Origin: an uncultured Desulfobacteraceae bacterium
Lineage (GTDB): Bacteria > Desulfobacterota > Desulfobacteria > Desulfobacterales > CAZWAE01
NCBI GenBank assembly: GCA_964631805.1
Contig: CAZWAE010000001.1
Span: 190 to 64,189, forward strand
DNA length: 64,000 bases
Reading direction: 5' to 3'
The notes below the pieces were generated by a model that saw only the letters and a program-made list of their open reading frames with translations, made no database searches and was not told the origin of the DNA. How positions within the stretch are numbered: the first letter of the stretch is position 1; every line of letters begins with the position of its first letter. The translations under genes and the position numbers were made by a program. Positions 10,442 through 20,082 of this stretch are shown here, one piece after another.

Positions 10442-11377
10442 CTATTTCCGGGGATGGGCACGGTCGTAAGTTTCCATCAGCCTGTCGATGCTGACATGGG
10501 TATATTTCTGGGTCGTCGACAGGCTTTTGTGGCCGAGCAACTCCTGGACGACCCTTAAATCCGCCCCCGCATCCAGCATGTGTGTCGCAAAGGTGTGCCG
10601 CAATGCATGGGGAGATACAGGGCTTGCCAGACCGCACGATTCAACGAGACGGGCCAGGATCCTGGCAATGGAACGGGTGCTGAGCCTGCCGTTTCGCTGG
10701 TTGAGGATCAACGGACCGTTTTCATCCCATCCGATCCCGGAATGCTGCTTCAATCTTTTCCGGTATTTCATAATAGCGGAGAGCGCCTTCTTGCCGATGG
10801 GCACCACCCGCTCCTTATTTCCCTTTCCCACCACCCGGACCAACCGCTCGTTGAAATCCACATCCAGGACATTCAAACCCGCCAGTTCCGACACGCGGAG
10901 ACCGCACGAGTAGAGCGTCTCGAATACCGCCCGGCTTCTCAGTCCGTGAAGCGTATCCGTATGAATCGCATCCAGAAGCCGGAACATCTCGTCCACCGTC
11001 AGATAAGATGGAATCGGTTTTTCCTGCTTGGGCGTCATGATCAGGTCCGCCGGGTTTTCCGCAATGACGCCGTGCCGCATCAGATACTTGAAAAAGGACC
11101 TCAATGAGGACAATTTCCGGGAAATGGTCGACTTTTTATTTTTTTGATGCAATTTCCCGAGGAATCCCCGGATCATCAGGCTGTCCACATGATCAGCGGC
11201 AAACTCCTTTTTTTCGGATACTGTCCGGCGCCCGGACTTTCGCATTTCATCCAGATAAAAAAGAAACTCGTTGAGATCCCGCTCGTAGGCCCGGCAGGTA
11301 TTATCGGAATACCCTTTTTCAGCGGAAAGAAACTCGATGAAAGTCCCGACAATTCTGTTCAATGAAGTTGACGGCAT
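10442..11377 (-). CDS. xerC: tyrosine recombinase XerC/XerD family
   Basis: 311 aa with an N-terminal SAM-like core-binding domain, the catalytic R..HxLRHxxATHLL..G.D and the terminal Y (TTQKYTHV). It sits in the conserved xerC-hslV-hslU arrangement. Confidence 0.88.
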   Translation of the reverse strand: MPSTSLNRIVGTFIEFLSAEKGYSDNTCRAYERDLNEFLFYLDEMRKSGRRTVSEKKEFAADHVDSLMIRGFLGKLHQKNKKSTISRKLSSLRSFFKYLMRHGVIAENPADLIMTPKQEKPIPSYLTVDEMFRLLDAIHTDTLHGLRSRAVFETLYSCGLRVSELAGLNVLDVDFNERLVRVVGKGNKERVVPIGKKALSAIMKYRKRLKQHSGIGWDENGPLILNQRNGRLSTRSIARILARLVESCGLASPVSPHALRHTFATHMLDAGADLRVVQELLGHKSLSTTQKYTHVSIDRLMETYDRAHPRK

Positions 11378-11385
11378 GAAAATAG

Positions 11386-12024
11386 CTAAAAGTTGATCAG
11401 CGATTCAAGTTCGGACCATGAGCCCACCTCCCTGAAGGGGTGGGGTTCCCGGTTCCACGGCTGCCTGAACAAAATGGGCTCTATCCCCTCCGCTTGGAGT
11501 AAATGGCAGGTGTCCAACCGGTCATCGACAAAAAAACGGCTCCCGTGCTGTTTCAATACGCCGGCTTTGGCTTTGGATGTTCCCGTCGCTACCATCTCAA
11601 CGTCCTCCGTTCCGAGTGAAAGAACGCTGTTGAGCCAATTGGGAATCGGCCCCATATGGGGTCTGGCCGTTACCAGCAAAATCGGACGAACCCTTGCGGC
11701 GATCCGTTTCAGGACTCTTTTTGCCCCCTTGATGGCTTTGAGGGATACCGCATACTCACCGGATATGATCCGTTCCACGATGGCATCAATGACACCGGTG
11801 TCGATGGTCGTCAGGCAATCCTCAAGGGAATAGCAGGTGATATCCTCGTAACGGACCCCTTCGATCCGATACTCCAGGCGGGCAATTTCGAGAAACAGTC
11901 CCATGGTGTCCGCAATGACACCGTCGACGTCAAACGCGAGGGATGACGGATCTATCTTCCTGTTTGTATCCGCATGAAACGCCCGGCAAGCCTTATTCAC
12001 CACAGGTTCCGCGTTACCGTTCAA
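11386..12024 (-). CDS. HAD-superfamily hydrolase (5'-nucleotidase-like)
   Basis: DxDxV/T motif I (FDVDGVIADT), later TAR and DD motifs, 212 aa. Confidence 0.6.
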   Translation of the reverse strand: MNGNAEPVVNKACRAFHADTNRKIDPSSLAFDVDGVIADTMGLFLEIARLEYRIEGVRYEDITCYSLEDCLTTIDTGVIDAIVERIISGEYAVSLKAIKGAKRVLKRIAARVRPILLVTARPHMGPIPNWLNSVLSLGTEDVEMVATGTSKAKAGVLKQHGSRFFVDDRLDTCHLLQAEGIEPILFRQPWNREPHPFREVGSWSELESLINF

Positions 12025-12028
12025 TGGA

Positions 12029-12355
12029 TCAGGCCGCTTTTCTCGTTTTTTTCTTCAACTTGCTGATTTTCCGTCGATATATCGCGGCCATCTTATCATC
12101 TTCCGCTTTCAGTGCCGCTTCGCGCTTGCCCTTCAATTCCTTGATCTTTTTCTTGATGTCCCGGATGGAGGAATCCGATTTTTTCCTGGGTGCCTCCTCT
12201 ATACCACGCGCTTTTTTGATGGCTGAAATCAGTTCAGCCTTGTTCATTCCATACACACCCGTAATTTCAGGCATCTCTTTTGCGAGGTTCCTGAGATCGT
12301 TGGCCGTCATCTTTTCCAGTGGTTTCTCTTTGGCTTCCTTCTTCTTTCCACCCAT
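12029..12355 (-). CDS. Lys-rich small protein with Rho N-terminal/SAP-like helix-extended-helix motif
   Basis: 108 aa. The segment MTANDLRNLAKEMPEITGVYGMNKAELISAIKKA resembles the Rho_N domain, flanked by K/E-rich tails. Confidence 0.5.
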   Translation of the reverse strand: MGGKKKEAKEKPLEKMTANDLRNLAKEMPEITGVYGMNKAELISAIKKARGIEEAPRKKSDSSIRDIKKKIKELKGKREAALKAEDDKMAAIYRRKISKLKKKTRKAA

Positions 12356-12500
12356 CGGTATTGGTCTCCTTTAAGCTGTCGTCCTTATTATCTTAAAAGC
12401 ACAGACGGAGGCTGACCCGCCCCCGTCCGGTGTCTGTATCGTAAAACTTTTCTTCTAAACCGTTTATTTTTATAAAGTCAACAAAAATGAGCGTATCCCG

Positions 12501-13277
12501 TCAATCGCTTCCGGGCTTATTCTGTTTCGTATGTTGGTCAACCAATTGAATGAACGGTTTGAAAAGATCCATCGGAAACGGAAAGATGGTGGTGGTATTC
12601 TGTTCGGCTGACATTTCACGCATGGTTTGCAGATACCTCAACTGAAGTGCCGTGGGATGTTTGGTAATGATTTCAGCAGCCTCTGAAAGCCGGGTTGCCG
12701 CCTGAAACTCCCCTTCCGCATTGATCACCTTGGCACGGCGTTCCCGTTCCGCTTCTGCTTGTTTGGCCATGGCCCGCTGCATCTCCTGGGGCAAATCGAT
12801 ATGCTTGAGTTCCACCGTCGCCACCTTTATTCCCCAGGGATCGGTGTGGGTGTCCAAAATTTCCTGAAGCTGGGAATTGATTTTTTCACGATCCGAAAGC
12901 AGTTCATCGAGCTCAGCCTGGCCGCAGACGCTTCGCAGGGTGGTCTGGGCCAGCTGGGACATGGCATAGTTGTAATCCTCCACCTCTATGACCGCCTTGA
13001 TAGGCCCGATGACCCTGAAGTAGATCACGGCGTTGACCTTGACGGACACGTTGTCACGGGTAATGACATCCTGCGGATCCACATCCATGGCCACCAGCCG
13101 CATGCTGACCTTGACCATCTTGTCGACGATGGGAATCAGGATGATCAATCCCGGGCCCTTGGCCTTGATGACGCGTCCCAGCCGGAAAATCACCCCGCGT
13201 TCATATTCGTTGAGAATTCTCAGCGCCGCTGAAAGAAAGAAAACAACCAGTACAACGATTGTTATGGTGGTTGCCAT
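12501..13277 (-). CDS. SPFH/band-7 (stomatin-like) membrane protein
   Basis: N-terminal TM helix plus SPFH core ([16 protein letters not shown]...TRDNV...) and a coiled-coil AEAERERRA region. It is paired with NfeD upstream. Confidence 0.9.
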   Translation of the reverse strand: MATTITIVVLVVFFLSAALRILNEYERGVIFRLGRVIKAKGPGLIILIPIVDKMVKVSMRLVAMDVDPQDVITRDNVSVKVNAVIYFRVIGPIKAVIEVEDYNYAMSQLAQTTLRSVCGQAELDELLSDREKINSQLQEILDTHTDPWGIKVATVELKHIDLPQEMQRAMAKQAEAERERRAKVINAEGEFQAATRLSEAAEIITKHPTALQLRYLQTMREMSAEQNTTTIFPFPMDLFKPFIQLVDQHTKQNKPGSD

Positions 13278-13297
13278 GATTATGCCTCCTGTGTCTG

Positions 13298-14581
13298 TTA
13301 TGTCTCCTCTTCTACGGTGACCACCAGCCCATCCACCTTTACCACACGGACCTTACTCCCCTTTTTTATGGGCCGGTCGGACCGGGCCTTCCACAATTCA
13401 CCGTGAACCATCACTTTCCCCTTCCCTGCGATCTCCTCTTTCACTTCCCCCAATTCCCCGACAAGGCCTTCCCTCCCGGTTTTCGGTCTTGTGACCTGCG
13501 CCTTGAATACCATGCCGGCAACGAGGATAAAAAAACCGGAAACAACCGCCACGGTGGGGAGCAGAACACCCCAGGACACCCGCATATCCGGCCTCTCCCC
13601 CTCAAACAGCATCAGCGAACCCAGCAGTAATGACACCACACCGGCGACACTGAGCAATCCGAAGCTGGTCACCTTCATCTCCAGGATAAAAAAGATCAGC
13701 GCCAGCACAATGAGCAGGATTCCCGCGATATTGACCGGCAGCGTTTGGAGAGAGTATAAGGCCAGAACGAGTGATATCCCGCCGATAACACCTGGGAATA
13801 TGGCCCCTGGGTGGGAAAGTTCGAAATAAAGCCCGGCCATGCCGATCATGAGCAGGATATAGGCGATGTTGGGGTTGCTGACCACCCTCAGCACCCGTGT
13901 CCTAAAATTTTCCTTCAGGAGGACCCGCTCTGCATGTTCAATGTCAAGAATTCCCTTTTCCGCAACGGGCCTTCCGTTCATCTGGCGGATCAGATCGTCG
14001 AGATCCTTTGCCACCAAATCGATCACCCCCTCTTTCAGGGCTTCCGTTTCGGTGACGGAGACACTTTCACGCACAGCCTTTTCCGCCCACTCCAAATTTC
14101 GATCTCTTTTCTGTGCGATACTCCTGGCCTGGGCCACCATGTCATTGAGCACCTTATCGGACATGGCGCCTTCAACCTCTTTTCCCCCGATACCGACGGG
14201 ATGGGCGGCACCGATATGGGTTCCCGGTGCCATGGCGGCGATGTCCGCGGCCATGGTAATCATGACACCTGCAGACGCAGCCCTGGCCCCTCCGGGACTC
14301 ACATAGACCGCCACCGGCGCTTCAGATTCATATATGTCCATGACAATTTGCCGCATCGACTCGACCAGACCGCCGGGTGTATCCAGAATGATGATCACGC
14401 ACGCCGCCCTGTTTTTCGAAGCTTTTGAAAGCCCCTGCCGTATGTGATCCGCCACACCGGGGCTGATGGCATCATTGATCTCGAGGATGTAGATCTGGCT
14501 GCTCTCCGCCCTTGCTGTCGCGGCATTGGCGGTAAGAACGCTCAAAATGACAACCCATAGGATCGATGTGGATAATTTCAT
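13298..14581 (-). CDS. NfeD-family membrane-bound serine protease (ClpP-class domain + TM + OB-fold C-terminus)
   Basis: 427 aa with a signal peptide, a ClpP-like domain (IILDTPGG...SAG), 4-5 TM helices and a C-terminal NfeD OB domain ([15 protein letters not shown]). This is the classic NfeD-SPFH operon. Confidence 0.9.
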   Translation of the reverse strand: MKLSTSILWVVILSVLTANAATARAESSQIYILEINDAISPGVADHIRQGLSKASKNRAACVIIILDTPGGLVESMRQIVMDIYESEAPVAVYVSPGGARAASAGVMITMAADIAAMAPGTHIGAAHPVGIGGKEVEGAMSDKVLNDMVAQARSIAQKRDRNLEWAEKAVRESVSVTETEALKEGVIDLVAKDLDDLIRQMNGRPVAEKGILDIEHAERVLLKENFRTRVLRVVSNPNIAYILLMIGMAGLYFELSHPGAIFPGVIGGISLVLALYSLQTLPVNIAGILLIVLALIFFILEMKVTSFGLLSVAGVVSLLLGSLMLFEGERPDMRVSWGVLLPTVAVVSGFFILVAGMVFKAQVTRPKTGREGLVGELGEVKEEIAGKGKVMVHGELWKARSDRPIKKGSKVRVVKVDGLVVTVEEET

Positions 14582-14659
14582 AGCGACTTTGGTTCTTAAA
14601 CTTTCAATGATCTCCGGTAGCGCCTGAAGAATGGCCTCAGATAGAATTTGTGGATCGGT

Positions 14660-15367
14660 TTAAGCATCCATTTCGATGCCCATCGCTTTCATGATTTTCT
14701 GGACATCCGCCCAGACATCCTTTTTTTTCCCGGCGTTGCGAAGCAGGTATGCCGGATGGTAGGTCGGCATCACCTGAATTTGGTCTTTATAATCGTGGAA
14801 TCGACCCCGCAATCTGGATATCGGTTCTTTTGTACCCAGCAGCGTCTGGGCTGCGAAAGTCCCCAGGGCACAGATGATCGCCGGTTGGATGGCCGCAATT
14901 TGACGCCTGAGAAAGGGCAGACACGCAGCGATCTCATCGGATTGGGGATTCCGATTCCCGGGCGGACGGCACTTAATGACGTTGCAGATATAGACCTGTT
15001 GACGATCCAGTTTCATCGCCTGTATGATTTTGGTCAGCAGTTGGCCGGCAGCACCCACAAAGGGCAAGCCCTGGACATCCTCATCGTAGCCCGGCCCTTC
15101 GCCGACAAAAACCAGCCGGGCGTTTTCAGTTCCCTCTCCGAAAACGATGTGCCGGCGCTTTTCAGACAATCGACAGCGGGTGCAATCCCCAAGATCCGCC
15201 CTGATCCGTTGAAGGTCTTCACGGTGGATTTTCCCTGACCCCCAGCTCTCGATGGTGGCGACCGTATCCCCTGAACAATCCAGACCGCTCCATCCTGCCT
15301 CCGAGGCGGCATTCAAGGTACGCTTGACCCCGTCGATGGTGTCGTTGAATGACTGTTTTGAAATCAT
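14660..15367 (-). CDS. uracil-DNA glycosylase, family 4
   Basis: GEGPGYDEDVQGLPFVGAAGQLL and HPAYLLR motifs, with a C..C cluster typical of family-4 UDGs. Confidence 0.85.
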   Translation of the reverse strand: MISKQSFNDTIDGVKRTLNAASEAGWSGLDCSGDTVATIESWGSGKIHREDLQRIRADLGDCTRCRLSEKRRHIVFGEGTENARLVFVGEGPGYDEDVQGLPFVGAAGQLLTKIIQAMKLDRQQVYICNVIKCRPPGNRNPQSDEIAACLPFLRRQIAAIQPAIICALGTFAAQTLLGTKEPISRLRGRFHDYKDQIQVMPTYHPAYLLRNAGKKKDVWADVQKIMKAMGIEMDA

Positions 15368-15374
15368 AATTGGA

Positions 15375-16568
15375 CTATTTGCACAGCGCCGCCACCCGAT
15401 CCAGAAGGATATGGGCCACCTCGTCCTTATCCATGGAGGGGAGGGACTCCTTGCGGCCGTCCTTCAGAAAGAGGGTCACCCGGTTCAGGTCCGAGCCGAA
15501 CCCGGAGTCCGGCCTCCCCACAATGTTGCCGACAATGATGTCCAGGTTCTTTTCAGCCAATTTTTTCCCCGCATGGTTTTCAAGATCCTCCGTTTCAGCG
15601 GCAAATCCCACTAGAAAACGGTCCTGCTTCCGTTTTCCGACCTCCCGGAGGATATCCCGATTTTTTACCAGCCGAAGGCTTTTTTCATTCTCCCCCTTCT
15701 TGACCTTCCGATCCACATACGCTTCGGGCCGGTAATCCGACACCGCCGCGGTTTTGATGACGATGTCGGCCGTATCCAGACGGGTAAAAACGACATCGGC
15801 CATCTCCTCGGCAGTCTCCACCCGGATCACTTCCATATGGAACGGATCCGGCAACTGGGTCGGTCCCGACACGAGGGTCACCTCCGCCCCACGTTGTTCC
15901 GCAGCCCTGGCAACGGCAAATCCCATCTTTCCGGAAGATGGGTTGCTGATATATCGAACAGGATCCATGGGTTCCCGGGTCGGGCCCGCAGTCACCAGAA
16001 CATGTTTATCCGTAAGATCATTGGGTGTCAAAAAACCGATCAGGCGGTCCATTATCTCGGGCGGGTCGGGAAGACGTCCGGGACCGGTGGTGCCGCATGC
16101 AAGTTCCCCTGCATCGGGTTCCAGCACATACAGTCCGTCTTTTCTTAACGTATCGAGGTTTCTCTCAACCGCCGGGCTTTCATACATGTGGGTATTCATG
16201 GAGGGGCAGATCACCACAGGACAGGTGACGGCCAGCATCAGCGTGCTCAAGGCGTCGTCGGCCAGTCCGTTGGCCATCTTCCCGATAATGTTGGCCGTTG
16301 CCGGGGCGATCACCACCGCATCGGCTTCCTGGGCCCAGTCGATATGACGGATGGAGGCATCACCGCTTTTTTCAAACAGATTGGTGCAGACAGGATTGCC
16401 GGAGAGCGCCTGAAATGTGGTGGGCCCGACAAACCGGCATGCGTTTTCCGTCATGACCACCCGCACCTGGGCGCCCTGTTTTGTCATCAACCTCAGCAGT
16501 TCCACGCTTTTGTAAGCGGCAATGCCGCCGCTTACGCCCAATATGAGATGTTTATCACTGATGGTCAT
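15375..16568 (-). CDS. coaBC: bifunctional phosphopantothenoylcysteine decarboxylase / phosphopantothenate-cysteine ligase
   Basis: 397 aa with an N-terminal flavoprotein domain ([10 protein letters not shown], PAxANxIxKxAxGxADD) and the C-terminal CoaB domain ([10 protein letters not shown]). Confidence 0.95.
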   Translation of the reverse strand: MTISDKHLILGVSGGIAAYKSVELLRLMTKQGAQVRVVMTENACRFVGPTTFQALSGNPVCTNLFEKSGDASIRHIDWAQEADAVVIAPATANIIGKMANGLADDALSTLMLAVTCPVVICPSMNTHMYESPAVERNLDTLRKDGLYVLEPDAGELACGTTGPGRLPDPPEIMDRLIGFLTPNDLTDKHVLVTAGPTREPMDPVRYISNPSSGKMGFAVARAAEQRGAEVTLVSGPTQLPDPFHMEVIRVETAEEMADVVFTRLDTADIVIKTAAVSDYRPEAYVDRKVKKGENEKSLRLVKNRDILREVGKRKQDRFLVGFAAETEDLENHAGKKLAEKNLDIIVGNIVGRPDSGFGSDLNRVTLFLKDGRKESLPSMDKDEVAHILLDRVAALCK

Positions 16569-16640
16569 CGATATGGCTCCGTTATCATCATCGGTCCCTC
16601 CCCATTCTTGTCGGCAGGCTCCAAAGTCTAAAAAGATAGT

Positions 16641-17138
16641 TCAACTGCCCGTATCTTTCAGCAAGCCGCTGTCTGTCTCCGATGTGGTCGGCGCCACCCA
16701 GATCTCGACATGGGTGTAAAAGCTTTGTTCGGTGACGTTGATCACACACCACCGGTTCTCCTTCCGGTACAGCATGATGGTCCGCACCGCTTTAAAAGAG
16801 CTGACCCGCTGCCAGTTGTCTTTTTGCATGTTCACTTCAAAAAAACGGATAAGGGAGGCCATTTCGGCCCGGCCCTTCAACGCCAGGACACCGGCGGTGA
16901 GGCTCGGTGTCTGGAACACAAAGGAGGCCTTCCGGTCCAGCTTGAGTTCGCTGGGTATCAGCACATCGCCGAAATCGTAATATACCGGAGACGGCCCTTT
17001 TTTTTTCGGACTGGTGGCCGGCTGGGTCATACCGCCGGATCGGGAGGACTGGAAAAAGGAACACCCTGTGAGGATAAATACCGCGGCAACCAGCAGGAGA
17101 AACACCCGTATGCGGTTCCGGGAATTAAAATGTATCAT
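16641..17138 (-). CDS. hypothetical lipoprotein
   Basis: Signal peptide plus lipobox LTGC, 165 aa. I recognise no family. Confidence 0.55.
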   Translation of the reverse strand: MIHFNSRNRIRVFLLLVAAVFILTGCSFFQSSRSGGMTQPATSPKKKGPSPVYYDFGDVLIPSELKLDRKASFVFQTPSLTAGVLALKGRAEMASLIRFFEVNMQKDNWQRVSSFKAVRTIMLYRKENRWCVINVTEQSFYTHVEIWVAPTTSETDSGLLKDTGS

Positions 17139-17248
17139 CTGTCAGCCTCCGTACTTAACTTATGTCGTTTTAGAAATAAACCCGAACAGGAGATAGTATA
17201 TATAAGCTCCGGGTTGGTTAGGCAAACCCTTTTGTGTCTACAGCGCCG

Positions 17249-20066
17249 CTATTTTTGGGTCAGGCGAAATACCCCGTCCCATTTTTCACCGGGACCAACC
17301 GGCGGTTTTTCCATATATTTCCGGCACCTGTATATCAACACCTCCGAGGGAGTGGTTTTTTCAAAGGGAAAGCGTTCCAGGCTGTAGGACCTGCTGAACC
17401 GTTCGATCGCCTCGTCCCACTGCATCTTTTGGTAGTGGGCCATTCCCTCTTCGAACAAATCGATCAACTCCCGGTCTTCTGCAGACAAATCCCCTTTCAT
17501 GGCAAACAGTTCATACACCCGGACCGGTTCTGATTTGCCCATCACGGTGATACGATCCAGGTAACGGGTTTCCACCATATCCATGACCCGCTTCGTCGCA
17601 CCCGTTTCGTCCATATACTCCACATCCAGGGTGTATTCGCTCACCAGGTTGTACACCCCGTATTGCTTGGCCGCCGCTTCGAGCCTTGCTGAAAGATTCA
17701 CAGGGTCTCCCATCATGGTGTAGTTCATGCGGGTGGAACTGCCCATGTTGCCCACCACGATCTCTCCCGTGTTGATACCGATGCGCATCCGCATCTCATG
17801 GACCACCTGCGGCCATTTATCCCCCGGGGTCCATTGATCCTGCGGCACGTTCCTCTCATTGGGATTTGCTTCTCCGGATCCCGTTTTTTCATTCCGCCAT
17901 TTTTCCCGAAGTTCCCCGAGTTTTTTTTGCATGTTGACCGCCACCCGGCACGCCCTGACCTCCTGGTCCACCATTTCCATGGGAGCGCCGAAAAACGCGA
18001 TGATGGCGTCCCCCTCGTACTTGTCCAGGGTGCCGTTATCCCCGATGAGGATATCGGTCATGGCGGTGAGGTATTCATTGAGCAGTTCCACCAGTTGATG
18101 GGCGGTCAGTTTTTCCGAAAATGTGGAGAAACCCTGAATATCCGTAAAAAAAGCGGTAATGACCTTGGCTTCCCCCCCCGAGCGTCGGCATGGTCCGGGT
18201 GTTGTGCATCTCCTGAATCAACTCCGGAGCCAGATAGGTGCCGAATGTCTCCTTGATAAACCGCTTGTCCTTCTCCTCCGTGAGGAGTTTGAAACCGAGG
18301 ATCATGACAAAAATACCGGCATCTGCAAAAACCAGCGGTGTCGTGCTGATAAAGATGCTGGCCCCGAAGAAGGCTCCCACGACAAACAGGACGATACCAA
18401 AAAGAGAAAAAACGAAAAACACACCGCTTGTGCGGATGCCGGTCAGGCCGTATAGAAAGCAGGTTATCAGGCAAAGCCCGCCGAGGAGCATCGTGTCGAG
18501 GGAGGGATCGTTTTCGGACATGTTCAGCGGATTGTCCGTGGCGATGGTATTGAAGGCATTGATGATCACATTCACACCGAACATGCCGGCATAGGGGGTC
18601 TGCTGAACATCTCCGAGACCCGTGGCATTGGCACCGGTGAATATGAATTTATTGTAATACCGGTTAAACCCCTCCTCGTAAGCATCCAAAAGGGCGGATA
18701 GCATGCTTTCGTTACTCAATCCTTCACCCGGTTTGACGTTTCCGCCCGAACTTGGCTCGGGGATCTCCGCAAGATCATCCATTTCATAGACGGTTCGGTA
18801 CCCGTCGGTGGGAATCGTCGTGCGGGACCGGAGTTTTCCGCTTGAATCCTGGTAGAATCGTTCATCTTTGCCTGCGAAGTTGACGTGGTAAAATCCGGTG
18901 ACCGGGGTTTCGATAACGATGTTTCTCTCCTGGTAGGGAATGACGTGAAGGGTATTGGCACCGGCATCCCGGGCCGCGTCGAAAATCTCCCAACCGTCGA
19001 CGATTTCCGATTTTCCGTCGATCCTTTCCAGCAGGTGGAGGGAAAAATCGGGAACCTTCTCCCCGCCGGCAGCCACCTCCTTCAGTCTATACAATAAGTA
19101 ACGGTACAAATTGGTGTTGTAGGCGTATCCGGGCGGTGCTTTCGGATTGAGGACCGTCTGGATCACCATGTTCGCATCCCGGACCAACCGGACCGTCCGC
19201 TTGGTATTCGGGTCCAGCATCGGTGCCTTGACCCCGTTGAGCACGACCTTGTCGGTTTGGAAGCTGATCTGGTCCTTTCCGATGTGAAAATACTTCTGAA
19301 GCAGTATCAAAGTGACGGAAAAAACATTCCGGTAGGAACCGTCCTCCATACGGTAGGTGAAAAACAGGGGGAACAGGCGGATGACGCCGTCTTCATCCGG
19401 CAGGACATTGATCACGGAAGGGTGGGCGTTTTTGACATAATCGGTCAGGATCGGCTCGAGAGAATTGAAAACCACTGGGTTCATCACCTCTCCGGCCGGG
19501 TGGGAATAATTTTCAAGGATTTTTTCGTTGAGTGCGATCCGTTTTTGGAAATTTTCCGGCAGTGATTCGCGTTGCTCTTCCACCAACTGTTGGTCGATAT
19601 AGACATTGTCATACCGGGAAAGGGCCCCGGCAAACTCTTGATCCATCCCGGCAAAGGCGTTTTTGACCCGCTCAATGGTCCCCGGATCCAAACGGAACTT
19701 ATCCGTTATAAATCTCGGTACCGTCTCCGGTTTGGCAAAAATGATATCGAAAAAGACGGTTTCCGGAGAAAACCGCTGGATTTTGTCTAAAAATTCTGCG
19801 TGAATATATCGTTTCCAGGGCCACTTTCCAATCACCGCAATGGAATCTTCATCGTAACCCAGCAGGTGTACACGATCGGAAACATAAGGATTGATTTCGC
19901 CGATACCCGGTTCCCGCAGATAAAAAAGTCCGTTGAGAATTCCCCTTTCAATCCCTATAAAGAGATTGGAAAAGGTGGAGATCATATAGATGACCGTAAA
20001 GGCCCCGAGACCGACGACAAAGGAGGAGAAGATTTTTTTCAGCACAAGACACCTAACGGTTGACAC
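17249..20066 (-). pseudogene. CHASE2 sensor - class III adenylate/guanylate cyclase, split by a +1 frameshift in a G8 run
   Basis: ORFs 18075-20066 (CHASE2 + TMs) and 17249-18091 (cyclase domain) are collinear with the intact paralog 20083-22482. Removing one G from the run at 18172-18179 (C8 on +) restores TLGGEAKVITAFFTDIQGFSTFSEKLTAHQLVELLNEYL. Confidence 0.85.
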
Positions 20067-20082
20067 ACAACAGACGAACGCC

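Noticed and set aside
9795-10637. A 280-aa long form of the hslV ORF.
   Set aside because: The upstream 79 codons overlap the xerC 3' end and are Cys/Pro/Gly/Arg-rich nonsense. An ATG with a GAGGGAG RBS at 10400 gives a normal HslV.
10442-11377. XerC as the integrase responsible for the cassette array.
   Set aside because: It lies 30 kb away in the conserved xerC-hslV-hslU housekeeping context, so it is most simply the chromosome dimer-resolution recombinase. No dif-like or att-like site was identified at the cassette junctions.
12395-12440. A possible terminator hairpin (acagac...gtctgt followed by T4) after the SPFH gene.
   Set aside because: The stem needs a 3-nt bulge and the T-run is short. 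This is not strong enough to annotate.
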